Shown: positions 39,619-48,945 of the stretch, piece by piece
Layout: the number at the start of each line of letters is the position of its first letter
Position numbering within the stretch: the first letter of the stretch is position 1
NCBI GenBank assembly: GCA_003649205.1
Contig: QMRC01000005.1
Location: 32,001 to 96,000 of the forward strand
Reading direction: 5' to 3'
From: Thermoprotei archaeon
Lineage (GTDB): Archaea; Thermoproteota; Thermoprotei; Thermoproteales; B15-G16
DNA: 64,000 nucleotides
Program-made: the position numbers and the translations under genes
Notes under the pieces: model-generated
Databases searched by the model: none
The model's input: only the letters and a program-made list of their open reading frames with translations
Told to the model about the DNA's origin: nothing

Positions 39619-39955
39619 GGAGCGGACCCGGGATGGGACGGCAATCCCCGCCGTCCGTCGGGGCAAACCCCCGATCCGCATGGGGTTAGCGGCATCCGAA
39701 ACCCTCTCTGTTGGTGTACACACCCCCTAGTACCGCCATCTAGCGGCGATGAACCCCAGCCCCCTGGGGCTACCGCAGGCGGCGGGCCGTCCGTAGGGAC
39801 GGACCTAGCCGCTTAAACACCCGAACCGGGTTAGGCCCGGGAGGGAGCAGCCCTAAGGGTGGGCGGTAGCGTTCAGGGGTGTACTGGGGTGAGACCGCTA
39901 GGTGGTATGGGCTAGGGGGTGTGTACACCAACAGAGAGGGGTTGGGGTCCGCTCC
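39619..39955 (+). ncRNA. ffs: Archaeal SRP (7S) RNA
   Basis: Helix 8 GGGTTAGGCCC-GGGA-GGGAGCAGCCC; helix 6 CCGTCC-GTAG-GGACGG; terminal helix 39616-39629 pairs with 39945-39958. Confidence 0.93.
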
Positions 39956-40067
39956 ATAACCTAATTCCACTCCACTCACTGCTTTGCTTACAGGACTACA
40001 CCATTAGTGATTTCAGTCGGTGAGTCTAGGTAAGAGTACGAGTAGTGTTATGGAGGTGTGGAGGATT

Positions 40068-40143
<76 letters not shown>

Positions 40144-40156
40144 GTTTCATTACTTG

Positions 40157-40519
40157 TCACATTAGTGTTGGGGTTATAAGCTTAGTGTTATCATTACTAC
40201 TTTCCTCAACGGTCTTCACTCTCTCTATCTCAAGTACTTCAACTTCATCTCCAGGCTTAATTCCGTACTTCTCTCTGATTTCCTTTGGTATTGTGAATTG
40301 TCTTGAATCAGTGTGTCTTGTCCTAAGTAGCTTTACTCTCGGTAATTCGATAACTTCACCATTGTTGACCTTCCTTATCCTAACCCTTGCATATCTTGCT
40401 CTCGTCAATCCCAATGCTCTAACTAGTTGTGCTGGTACTAGTACCTGATTATTTATATACACTTTAACTCGATAGGGTAGAGATGTGATGTTGTACCCTT
40501 TAGCTCCTCTACGACCCAT
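40157..40519 (-). CDS. Tandem AbrB/MazE/SpoVT-domain DNA-binding protein
   Basis: QVLVPAQLVRALG and QFTIPKEIREKYGIKPGDEV repeats. Confidence 0.85.
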   Translation of the reverse strand: MGRRGAKGYNITSLPYRVKVYINNQVLVPAQLVRALGLTRARYARVRIRKVNNGEVIELPRVKLLRTRHTDSRQFTIPKEIREKYGIKPGDEVEVLEIERVKTVEESSNDNTKLITPTLM

Positions 40520-40569
40520 ATTAGTACCTCGCGTAATTTCTATGAGTTGAAAGTTTTATTAGTGCATTT

Positions 40570-40773
40570 ATGTTCTTCGTTTACGTGAGGAGTTCTATGA
40601 TGAGGGTTATTAGTGTCCGTATACCTAAGAGTTACCTAGATAATATCAAGCGATTGATTGAGGAGGGTAGGTATAGCTCTGTATCGGAATTCGTCCGTGC
40701 TGCTATAATGGAATTGCTTAAGAAGAATAGAAGGGTTGAGTTCTCTAACATTGTTGAGGAGGTTCTAAGCTAA
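40570..40773 (+). CDS. Ribbon-helix-helix (CopG/Arc/MetJ) regulator (true start probably at MMRVISV)
   Basis: ISVRIP...GRYSSVSEFVRAAI. Confidence 0.85.
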   Translation: MFFVYVRSSMMRVISVRIPKSYLDNIKRLIEEGRYSSVSEFVRAAIMELLKKNRRVEFSNIVEEVLS

Positions 40774-40774
40774 A

Positions 40775-41542
40775 ATGTCCTCCCAGACAGTATCCGACAT
40801 CTTACCTAGAGCACCTACGGGTATAGACAGGCTTGATGAAATTCTCGGTGGTGGTTTAATTCGTGGAAAGACATACTTGGTCACTGGTGAGACTGGTACT
40901 GGTAAGACTATTTTTGCTCTCTCATTCATTGTTTATGGTGCTGCATTGGGTGAGGCGGGAGTTTACGTTACTGTTGATGAAGATGTCGAGAGTTTCATGC
41001 TTGGGGCTAAGGCTTTTGGTTGGGACCTAGAGAAGTTAGTTGAGAGAGGTAAGCTAAGTATTGTCTCTCCTTCTGAAGACTTCATTGATAGGATTAGGAG
41101 AAAGGACCCTGATGCTGTTGCTAAGTCCTTGGTCAGGGATATAAGTGAGGTTGTTGAGAGAATTGGTGCTCAGAGATTGGTTATTGACCCTATAGCACCG
41201 TTAGTGTGTATGGAGAAGGATGTTCAGGTGCTTAGGGAATTCACTAGGATACTGATAACGAGGCTTGAACGCGATGTTAGGTGTACAACATTAATTACGT
41301 CTGAAATACCTTCAGGTTCATTGTCTCTGAGTAGGTTTGGTGTTGAGGAGTTTCTAGCTTCTGGTGTATTTGTTCTTGGCTTGGCTAGAAGAGGTAGTAG
41401 GTTTATTAGGACGTTAACCATTAGGAAGATGCGGTGGCTACCTGTTAAGCCTACAGTATACGAGTTCGATATTGTGCCCGGTAGGGGCATTGTAATTAAA
41501 GGTCCGCTTGAGGAATCTTCAACCTACTCTCTTCACTGGTGA
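40775..41542 (+). CDS. KaiC/RAD55-like RecA-superfamily ATPase
   Basis: TGIDRLDEILGGG, GETGTGKT, RLVID, EEFLASG, IRKMR. Confidence 0.92.
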   Translation: MSSQTVSDILPRAPTGIDRLDEILGGGLIRGKTYLVTGETGTGKTIFALSFIVYGAALGEAGVYVTVDEDVESFMLGAKAFGWDLEKLVERGKLSIVSPSEDFIDRIRRKDPDAVAKSLVRDISEVVERIGAQRLVIDPIAPLVCMEKDVQVLREFTRILITRLERDVRCTTLITSEIPSGSLSLSRFGVEEFLASGVFVLGLARRGSRFIRTLTIRKMRWLPVKPTVYEFDIVPGRGIVIKGPLEESSTYSLHW

Positions 41543-41583
41543 GTTAACTGCTAGTTAAGACACACATCTTTTAACCTCTCTTT

Positions 41584-42228
41584 GTGTTTCCTGTTTTGAT
41601 GAGTGGTACTGAGATTCTTAAGAGGTACTTCGGTGTTAAGCTTAGGTTTAGGTGCATGATGTGTGGTGCTTGTTGCAGAAGGTACTGGGTTTGTCCTACA
41701 CACTGTGATATCGCTAGGATATCTAAGTACGGTGGTTTCAATCCGAGGGAATTCCTAACACTAATGCCTAAGGAGAGAGCTGGTAACTGGAATGCACCTT
41801 CCTTCCTCGTTAAGGTCGGTGGTAGGGTTGGTGAGTACTATGTCGTCATTAAGAAGAGGAGAGATGGTTACTGCTTCTTCAATGAGTTTAGAGGTGCTAG
41901 GGTACTGTGTAAGGTTCACAGCTATAAACCTCTCGTCTGTAGATTCTACCCCGTAGTATACTGGGTAAAGGGTACATCTGTCTTCTTTGAAGTACATGAT
42001 GATGCCATTGGCTTTTGCCCTGGTATAGGTAGAGGTTCAATTTATGATCTAGACTACCTCTTTGGAGTAGTCTTGAGAATTAGAGAGGAGAAGAGAATGT
42101 TCTTTGAATTAGCTAGTAAGTGGAATGAAGCTGTTTCTCGAGGCAAGATCAATCCTACCTTTGACAATCTGATCTCCTACATACATAGTCGTGGTCTTGA
42201 GGTCATAGAGCATGGAGGTCATAGCTGA
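41584..42228 (+). CDS. YkgJ-family cysteine-cluster protein
   Basis: FRCMMCGACC, CKVH..KPLVCRFYP, CPG. Confidence 0.88.
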   Translation: MFPVLMSGTEILKRYFGVKLRFRCMMCGACCRRYWVCPTHCDIARISKYGGFNPREFLTLMPKERAGNWNAPSFLVKVGGRVGEYYVVIKKRRDGYCFFNEFRGARVLCKVHSYKPLVCRFYPVVYWVKGTSVFFEVHDDAIGFCPGIGRGSIYDLDYLFGVVLRIREEKRMFFELASKWNEAVSRGKINPTFDNLISYIHSRGLEVIEHGGHS

Positions 42229-42973
42229 GGGTTCTGAAGTTCTTCTGTACTTCAGCAAGAAGTACAAGTACTTGGTTAAGGTGACGAAGCAGAAGTTCTC
42301 AACACATAGAGGTGTTATAGATCTATCTCAATTAATTGGAAAACCCTTCGGAAGTACGTTGGAGACTGATGTTGGTGAGAAGTTTGTAGTTGCAAAACCT
42401 ACATTCATGGATTATCTCGAGAGGTTTAGGAAGGTGACACAAGTTATATACCCTAAGGATGCTGCTGCTATCGTACTGTTTGGTTGTATTGGACCCGGTT
42501 CTAGAGTTGTTGAAGCTGGTCTTGGTTCTGGTGCGCTCTGTGCTGTTTTAGCGTACTATGTCAGACCTACGGGGAAGGTGTACTCGTATGAGATTAGGAG
42601 GGAATTCATAGAGGTTGCTGTTAAGAACTTGAGTAGAGTTAACCTCCTCGATTATGTTGTCATTAAGGAGAAGGATATAACAACAGGTATCGATGAGGAG
42701 AATGTAGATGCTGTTGTCCTTGACATGGCTACCCCATGGTTGGTAGTACCACATGCGCATAAAGCGCTCAGAAACGGTGGTTACTTCATATGCTTTAGCC
42801 CAACAATAAATCAGGTGGAGAAAGTTGTTAAAGCGCTCAAGGAACATAACTTTATCGACATAACTACCTTCGAGCTACTGCTGAGGACGTATAAAGTAGA
42901 GGAAGGATCTACAAGACCTGAGACGTGGATGGTAGCGCACACAGGTTACTTGACAGTAGCTAGAAAGCCCTAG
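42212..42973 (+). CDS. trmI: tRNA (adenine-N1)-methyltransferase
   Basis: TQVIYPKD, VEAGLGSG, LDMATPW, HTGYL. Confidence 0.95.
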   Translation: MEVIAEGSEVLLYFSKKYKYLVKVTKQKFSTHRGVIDLSQLIGKPFGSTLETDVGEKFVVAKPTFMDYLERFRKVTQVIYPKDAAAIVLFGCIGPGSRVVEAGLGSGALCAVLAYYVRPTGKVYSYEIRREFIEVAVKNLSRVNLLDYVVIKEKDITTGIDEENVDAVVLDMATPWLVVPHAHKALRNGGYFICFSPTINQVEKVVKALKEHNFIDITTFELLLRTYKVEEGSTRPETWMVAHTGYLTVARKP

Positions 42974-44382
42974 TATCTCTTAAGTGCTAAGTTAAGTAAA
43001 CCGCGTAGATAAGCAATGACAACAGGTAGCACAGTCAACGCTGTGTACACTAAACCTCTCATCACAGCACCAATGAAGATAGCTACGCTCACTACTGCTA
43101 CACATATCTCAGGTAGGTAGTGAATGAAGCTAGTGTAGAACCACCTAGCACTACCCTTAGGTGTGATGCACCATTCCTGTGGAATCCTAAGTAAGCACTT
43201 TAGTGTAGAGATTAGTAAGCAGGGGCTCATCAACGTAATCATTATCGACGATGCTCCAAGTAGCTTAATAGCCTTCACAAATGAGATTTCCATTCTTCTA
43301 GTGAACATGAAGAAGACGGTAATGTAGGCTACTGAGCTAAGTACCCAGAGGATGAGTGCTATGTAGAATGCCCATAATTGGACATCACGTACATAGGCAA
43401 CGGTTAGTGTGAGAGCGAAGAGAGTTAGCAGTATCAACATAGCTCCTACGTACTGGGAGAGGTATAGTAGTACATCGATCTTCTCCCTTAGCTTTACCTC
43501 TTTACTCCTAAAGAATTTAGGTAATTTATTGATTATTAGGTAAGTTGCCCCGTATACCCACCTAATCTGTTGTTTACGAAATGATGCATATGTAGTGGGT
43601 ACCTCAACGTAGACAAGACAGTCGTGATCGTAGTGGATTTGGTAACCACGCATCATGACTTCTAAACTTAGATCCAAATCCTCAATGATACTTTCAGGGA
43701 ATCCACCAACTTCATTCAATACGTGTTTCTTCACTACTGAACCTGTCCCAAGTATAAATGGTCTTAGGGATAGAGCGTACCTACCTCTCATTAGTACATT
43801 GAACATGAAATCCTGTGATAGAGCTATTGCTCTAGATACTGCACTATCGTCTGGATTTAGTGCAGTCCATCGACAGGTGTAGGCAGCTACCCTGGTATCT
43901 GACGTGAGGTACGATACCGCTCTCTTAAGGAATTCGGGTGTGATTACGTTATCGACGTCGATAATAGCTATGTAATCAGCATCTACGTGCTTAAGTGCGT
44001 GGTTTAGTGCAGAGGCCTTGTACTTACCACTTTTTCGAAATAATGCCTCAATATCTATGAGTTCACGAAATCTAGAGACAATGTTAAGTATAGCTCTCTG
44101 CTCCTCAGCAGTGTAGTCATCACATACTAGGATTATCTTCAATTTATCCCTTGGGTAATCGAGCTTAATGAGCGAGTGAAGTACTCTCTCAATTAAGTCT
44201 ATAGGTTCTCTCTTAGCAGGTACTATCACTGCAACTGAGGGGTACATTACCAGGTTTGGTAATGGTCTTCTTAGTTGTGTTCTCATCGCTGTGAATCCAT
44301 AGATTGAGTGGAGTAGGAGTATTGTAGCTGAGAAGGATGCGGAGATTACTAGTAGTATGGAGGGTACGAGTTCTATCATCAT
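42970..44382 (-). CDS. Second processive GT2 glycosyltransferase
   Basis: KASALN, IDVD, IEDLD, QQIRW, TPK; TM helices. Confidence 0.88.
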   Translation of the reverse strand: MMIELVPSILLVISASFSATILLLHSIYGFTAMRTQLRRPLPNLVMYPSVAVIVPAKREPIDLIERVLHSLIKLDYPRDKLKIILVCDDYTAEEQRAILNIVSRFRELIDIEALFRKSGKYKASALNHALKHVDADYIAIIDVDNVITPEFLKRAVSYLTSDTRVAAYTCRWTALNPDDSAVSRAIALSQDFMFNVLMRGRYALSLRPFILGTGSVVKKHVLNEVGGFPESIIEDLDLSLEVMMRGYQIHYDHDCLVYVEVPTTYASFRKQQIRWVYGATYLIINKLPKFFRSKEVKLREKIDVLLYLSQYVGAMLILLTLFALTLTVAYVRDVQLWAFYIALILWVLSSVAYITVFFMFTRRMEISFVKAIKLLGASSIMITLMSPCLLISTLKCLLRIPQEWCITPKGSARWFYTSFIHYLPEICVAVVSVAIFIGAVMRGLVYTALTVLPVVIAYLRGLLNLALKRY

Positions 44383-44428
44383 ACGCGGTAAACATCTAGA
44401 TGTTAGGACTTACCTCAGTTTCGCTATG

Positions 44429-45166
44429 TTAGAGTTGGAGGATTACATCTATGTAGAAGTCCTTATCTAGTATCGTCTCTCTTCTCTCAAGTACTTTCCT
44501 CCATGCATTACCGATAGCAACTAGTATGGATATGCCTCGTAGTCTACACTTAGCTTTCTCAAGGATTGATAGTAGAGCATCAAGTGTCTTTCCGCTTTGT
44601 GCTATGTCATCAACTATTAGTACAGTTTCGTTTACCTGTAGGAAGCTCCTAGGTACGTACAACATGAATGAAGTGAATGGTTCTTTACCGACTATTGTGG
44701 CTTCGTAATACTCATCTATGGACGGGTCTCGGTCACGTTTAGCTACAACAAATGGTTTGCCAAGTGCTAGAGAGGCTGTTACTGCTAAGGGTATGCCATC
44801 GACTGCTGCTGTCAGTATTTTGCTAGGTGGTGATCTGCTAAAGATCTTCTTAACTCTTCTAGCGTAGAGTTTAAGGAAGACAGGGTCGTAGAGAACCTGC
44901 TTGAGGTCTATTATGCCTCCCTCTCTCAACCTTATCTTTTTCTCAACATAGGTCTTGGTATTAACTACCGTACTGAGTGTGGAAATTATCTTGCTGGCAT
45001 GTTCCTTACTTGGAATTACATAACCATTTACGTAGCGGCAGAGAACAGATTCGGGGATACCGACTATCTTCGCTAGCTCTCTATACGAGAGTGAGAGTAG
45101 GTTGCGTGCCGCCTGTAGTAGTTCTATAGCAAATGCCCTATCACTAAGTCTCTTGGGTTCGAGCAT
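44429..45166 (-). CDS. HTH + phosphoribosyltransferase-domain protein (archaeal PurR-like)
   Basis: SYRELAKIVGIPESVLCRYVNG; VLIVDDIAQSGKT. Confidence 0.85.
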   Translation of the reverse strand: MLEPKRLSDRAFAIELLQAARNLLSLSYRELAKIVGIPESVLCRYVNGYVIPSKEHASKIISTLSTVVNTKTYVEKKIRLREGGIIDLKQVLYDPVFLKLYARRVKKIFSRSPPSKILTAAVDGIPLAVTASLALGKPFVVAKRDRDPSIDEYYEATIVGKEPFTSFMLYVPRSFLQVNETVLIVDDIAQSGKTLDALLSILEKAKCRLRGISILVAIGNAWRKVLERRETILDKDFYIDVILQL

Positions 45167-45330
45167 GTATCTTTAGTGTGTAGGTGCTGGATCAATATAA
45201 ATATCTTGCCTACTATTGTTCAGCGACTAATCCCTTCATCAGCACCTCAGTTACCTGGAATTTCATCACCCCACACATGATTAGGGAAAAGTAGATAAGA
45301 GGTATACGTCATCTTTCCGTAGGTGAGTAC

Positions 45331-45741
45331 ATGAAGGCTTTCTTCAAGGAGTTGAGTATCAGGACTAGAAATAAACTTGAGGTTGTTAACATAACTCACT
45401 ACGTTGAGGATGCTGTGAGAGAGTCAGGTATTAGGGATGGTATATGTCTCGTCCACGCACCCCATGCAACAGCAGCCATCGTAGCTAATGAGTACGAGAG
45501 TGGATTAGTAGAGGATATACTTACGAAGATAAGGGAGGAGTATCCAGAGGATGGTAGGTGGAAGCACAATCTAATTGACTACAATGCAGCAGCACACTTA
45601 GCATCAGCGTTCATCGGTGCATCGAGGATATTTCCTGTCAGAAACGGTTCTCTCGTTAGAGGTACCTGGCAGCACATACTCCTTATCGAACTTGATGGTC
45701 CGAGAACAAGGAGGGTGGTTATTGAGGTTCTTGGTGAGTAA
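45331..45741 (+). CDS. YjbQ/UPF0047 family protein
   Basis: PHATAA, NAAAHL, GTWQ..LLIELDGPR. Confidence 0.92.
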   Translation: MKAFFKELSIRTRNKLEVVNITHYVEDAVRESGIRDGICLVHAPHATAAIVANEYESGLVEDILTKIREEYPEDGRWKHNLIDYNAAAHLASAFIGASRIFPVRNGSLVRGTWQHILLIELDGPRTRRVVIEVLGE

Positions 45742-45742
45742 T

Positions 45743-46045
45743 ATGTGTGGTGGAAATACTGAAGAGTTGAAGCGGAGGATATACGATGCCCTCAAAGATG
45801 TTATGGATCCGGAGATAGGTCTCAACGTTGTGGATGCTGGTTTCATCAAGAATGTACTCGTTGATCAGGAAGGTAATGTCACTGTAGAGATGATCTTAAC
45901 GACTCCTTTCTGCCCCCTTGCACACATAATGATTTCTCAGGTAAGGAGAGCTGTGGAGAAGATACCTGGTGTCAAGAGTGTTGATGTCAAGATAGTGGGC
46001 TTCGGTATTCCCGAACAACTTCTTAGAAGACTAGGTTATCGCTAA
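45743..46045 (+). CDS. DUF59/SufT/MIP18 metal-sulfur cluster assembly factor
   Basis: DPEIGLNVVDAG, LTTPFCP; ATG at 45743 just after the YjbQ stop. Confidence 0.88.
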   Translation: MCGGNTEELKRRIYDALKDVMDPEIGLNVVDAGFIKNVLVDQEGNVTVEMILTTPFCPLAHIMISQVRRAVEKIPGVKSVDVKIVGFGIPEQLLRRLGYR

Positions 46046-47001
46046 ATCCTGTACCTCGTTAGGAGTAAGAGCGCTATTGCAGTAGCTAAAACATCCGCTA
46101 GTGCACCGGGATTGATACCATTATGTGAAGCCCAAGCATCTAAACTCCAGAGCAAGCACATACCAGAGCTAGTAGTAACACCGCCTAATCTCAGTACCTC
46201 ACATGCTCTCTGTCTAAGCTCATTAGCTAAATCCTTTCCACGCTTAGCAACAACCAAAGTATCCTCATACCTACTGAGCAGCTCCAGAAATGTCTCCACA
46301 ACAGCATCATTCCACACACCAAACCTCTCAACATTCCTACGCAGAAAACACAATGCCACCTGTGTCAGTGGATACCCCTCAACCAATTCCCTTGAAATCA
46401 AGTCCCACATGGATGAACACAGCAGAACATCATACAGCGTAATACCTCTCTCCCTTAGTAACCTAGCAAAATTGGGATCCCACACATTAGGATGCTCAGA
46501 AGTCATGGGTGCTCTCTTTCTCAAGTACCTCGGTGACGCTACTCTAATAGCTCTATAGAACCACACAGCATCACTCACATCACTGTGCTTCACCAAGGTA
46601 CATGCGGTACTGATACACTTACCAATGTGGAGGAGCCCACATCTACGATATACAAATCCCAATGCCACAGCCAGGGGAACCAGTAGGGTTGCTGTACCTA
46701 AATTGGTATTACCTCCTCTATGTCGTGACTTACAGGTTCTAACAAGTCTATACACCATGTATCCAAGACCACACCTCATATCCTCTGATGTACTATCTGC
46801 TAATCGATATCCTCTGATGAATGCTCTATAGAACACCTCAACACTGGCAACCCCACTAATGACGAAGTGCTCAATGCTAGTATCTTCGTGATCCTTCAGT
46901 CTATGTACATTACCTGGCTTCGGAAAAGCAGTAGCCTCTAGTATGGTAGCTGTCGACAAAGCCCATGAACAGAACCAAGCTACCTCTCTAACCTTCATCA
47001 A
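46042..47001 (-). CDS. CitG-like triphosphoribosyl-dephospho-CoA synthase family protein (C1-cluster type)
   Basis: LEATAFPKPGNVHR, NTNLG, DTLVVAKRG, NPGALAD. Confidence 0.88.
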   Translation of the reverse strand: MMKVREVAWFCSWALSTATILEATAFPKPGNVHRLKDHEDTSIEHFVISGVASVEVFYRAFIRGYRLADSTSEDMRCGLGYMVYRLVRTCKSRHRGGNTNLGTATLLVPLAVALGFVYRRCGLLHIGKCISTACTLVKHSDVSDAVWFYRAIRVASPRYLRKRAPMTSEHPNVWDPNFARLLRERGITLYDVLLCSSMWDLISRELVEGYPLTQVALCFLRRNVERFGVWNDAVVETFLELLSRYEDTLVVAKRGKDLANELRQRACEVLRLGGVTTSSGMCLLWSLDAWASHNGINPGALADVLATAIALLLLTRYRI

Positions 47002-47063
47002 GCTAGATGCACCTGTTTATATTTACAATTTCTCAACGTATTGTAACTTAACTCATCTACGCA

Positions 47064-47861
47064 CTAGGAACTAGACTTCCTGAATTTTGATACTCTTCTA
47101 GCAACCATGCTAGCTATGACACCAGCACCTACACCATTGTCGATATTAACGACTGCTACACCGAGGGTACATGATTGTAGCATTGAGAGTATAGCAGCTA
47201 AACCCTTGCCGCCCAAACCATATCCCACAGATCGTGGAACAGCAATCACTGGAACATCTAGGAAGGATGCGATTACCGAGGGTAATGCACCTTCCATACC
47301 AGCAACAACAACTACGATGTCTGGATCAAACTCCAGTATCTTCCTAATGGCGTAGAGTGCTCTACACATGTTTGCAATACCGACATCGTACACAGTTAAT
47401 ACAGTACATCCCATCTCCTCAGCAATGACCTTAACCTCCTCAGCAATAGGGATATCAGCTGTACCAGCAGCCACAACAGCTACCCTACCTCCATGTTGCT
47501 CCTGTTCGAGATCTTTCCTCTTCACCACAATAATTCTAGCCTCTTCTCTAACCTCAAGAATGTACCCGAGAGAGCTGAAATCAATTGACTTCAGCACCTT
47601 AATATGCTCTGGTTTAACTCGACTAATGATTACCTTTGGTTCTCCTCTCTTAACGAGGTTTAAGACAATTTCCTTCACGATTTCAGGTGCCTTAGGTTCA
47701 GCAAAAACAATTTCAGGTACTCCTCTTCTAACATACCTACCAATATCGTAGAGTACGTATCTTGTAACCTCCTCAAATTGATAAAGTTTGATCAGCTTCT
47801 CAGCTTCATCTATTGATAATTGTCTTGAACGTACTTTCTCAAGTATGCTTCTCAAATCCAT
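47064..47861 (-). CDS. larB: LarB-family (PurE-like) nickel-pincer cofactor biosynthesis protein
   Basis: GVPEIVFAEPK, AGTAD, DVG, AGMEGALPSV, SVGYG, VVNIDNG. Confidence 0.9.
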   Translation of the reverse strand: MDLRSILEKVRSRQLSIDEAEKLIKLYQFEEVTRYVLYDIGRYVRRGVPEIVFAEPKAPEIVKEIVLNLVKRGEPKVIISRVKPEHIKVLKSIDFSSLGYILEVREEARIIVVKRKDLEQEQHGGRVAVVAAGTADIPIAEEVKVIAEEMGCTVLTVYDVGIANMCRALYAIRKILEFDPDIVVVVAGMEGALPSVIASFLDVPVIAVPRSVGYGLGGKGLAAILSMLQSCTLGVAVVNIDNGVGAGVIASMVARRVSKFRKSSS

Positions 47862-48063
47862 AGAGATCCCTACATTGCTTTCACATTGAACTCACTTAGG
47901 CTTACCTTTGACTTAGGCTCAATCTAACTTAATATTACTTTACTCTTACCTCAAAGAGAAGTTCTCTATACCTTGACTTGTTAACTCAGTACATGTGAAG
48001 ATCTAGACCACATGCTTAAGCACTTTTAATTTCTCATTCATGAGTTTACTACGGTGATCACTG

Positions 48064-48945
48064 GTGATTATCGGTGTCGTTACGAGGAATCCACATGGAT
48101 GGGCAACTAAAGAGCTGAGGAAAGCTATTGAGAAGTTAGGTCACGTACCATTTATCTTCAGATTTCGCGACATTATCGCTGAGGTTGGTTTTCCTGCAAG
48201 GGTTTTCGTTAAGGGTTGTGATGTGTCATCGTTATCAGCTATCATAGTTAGGCCTATTGGTAGGTGTAGTCTTGAGCAAGCTATCTTTAGGATGGATGTA
48301 CTTCACTGGATTGAGGATCGTGGTGTATATGTCGTGAACTCTCCATCAGCTATAGAGATTGCTGTTGATAAGTACAGGACTCTCTACCTTCTCGAGAGAG
48401 CTGGTATTCCTGTTCCTAAAACCGTAGTTGGTGAATGCTGTGAGGAAGTTCTCAAGTACATCAATGATTTAGGTAAACCTATTGTCGTTAAACCTCTCTT
48501 CGGATCGAGAGGTTTAGGTTCGTTTAGAGTACGTAGTAAGGACTATGCATGGCGGGTTCTGAGCGACTTAGCATTCCTCAAGCACGTGCTGTATGTTCAG
48601 GAGTACATTAGACATAGAGGTCGTGATATTAGAGTTTTCGTTATTGGTGATAGAGCTGTTGCCGCGATGTATCGAGTTGCTAGAAGCTGGAAAACCAATG
48701 TTTACTTAGGTGCTAAACCTATTAGGTTGTATCCTATTCCTCAGGAGGTTGAGGAGTTAGCGATTAAGTCGTGTAGAGTTGTTGGTTGCGAGATTGCGGG
48801 AGTAGATATTGTTGAGGATAGAGAACGTGGGTACTTAGTTCTTGAGGTAAATAGTCAACCTGGTTGGAGGGGCCTCCAGTCTGTTACTCCATTCTCCATA
48901 GCTGAGGAGATAGTGAAGTACGTAGTTAGTAGAGTTAGAAGGTAG
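48064..48945 (+). CDS. RimK-family ATP-grasp glutamate ligase (MptN/Orf5-like)
   Basis: SLEQAIFRMD, KPLFGSRG, RDIRVFV, WKTNV, LEVNSQPGWRGLQ; adjacent to mch. Confidence 0.88.
   Translation: MIIGVVTRNPHGWATKELRKAIEKLGHVPFIFRFRDIIAEVGFPARVFVKGCDVSSLSAIIVRPIGRCSLEQAIFRMDVLHWIEDRGVYVVNSPSAIEIAVDKYRTLYLLERAGIPVPKTVVGECCEEVLKYINDLGKPIVVKPLFGSRGLGSFRVRSKDYAWRVLSDLAFLKHVLYVQEYIRHRGRDIRVFVIGDRAVAAMYRVARSWKTNVYLGAKPIRLYPIPQEVEELAIKSCRVVGCEIAGVDIVEDRERGYLVLEVNSQPGWRGLQSVTPFSIAEEIVKYVVSRVRR

Noticed and set aside
39702-39940. 29-bp inverted repeat as MITE/IS terminal repeats
   Set aside because: It encloses SRP helices 6 and 8 and is itself helix 5; no transposase or target duplication
39598-39979. ORFs 39598-39816 (+) and 39770-39979 (-)
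   Set aside because: Pro/Gly-rich artefacts of the GC-rich SRP RNA
45617-45742. N-terminal extension of the DUF59 ORF as listed in the track
   Set aside because: Overlaps YjbQ; ATG at 45743 after GGTGAG is the more plausible start
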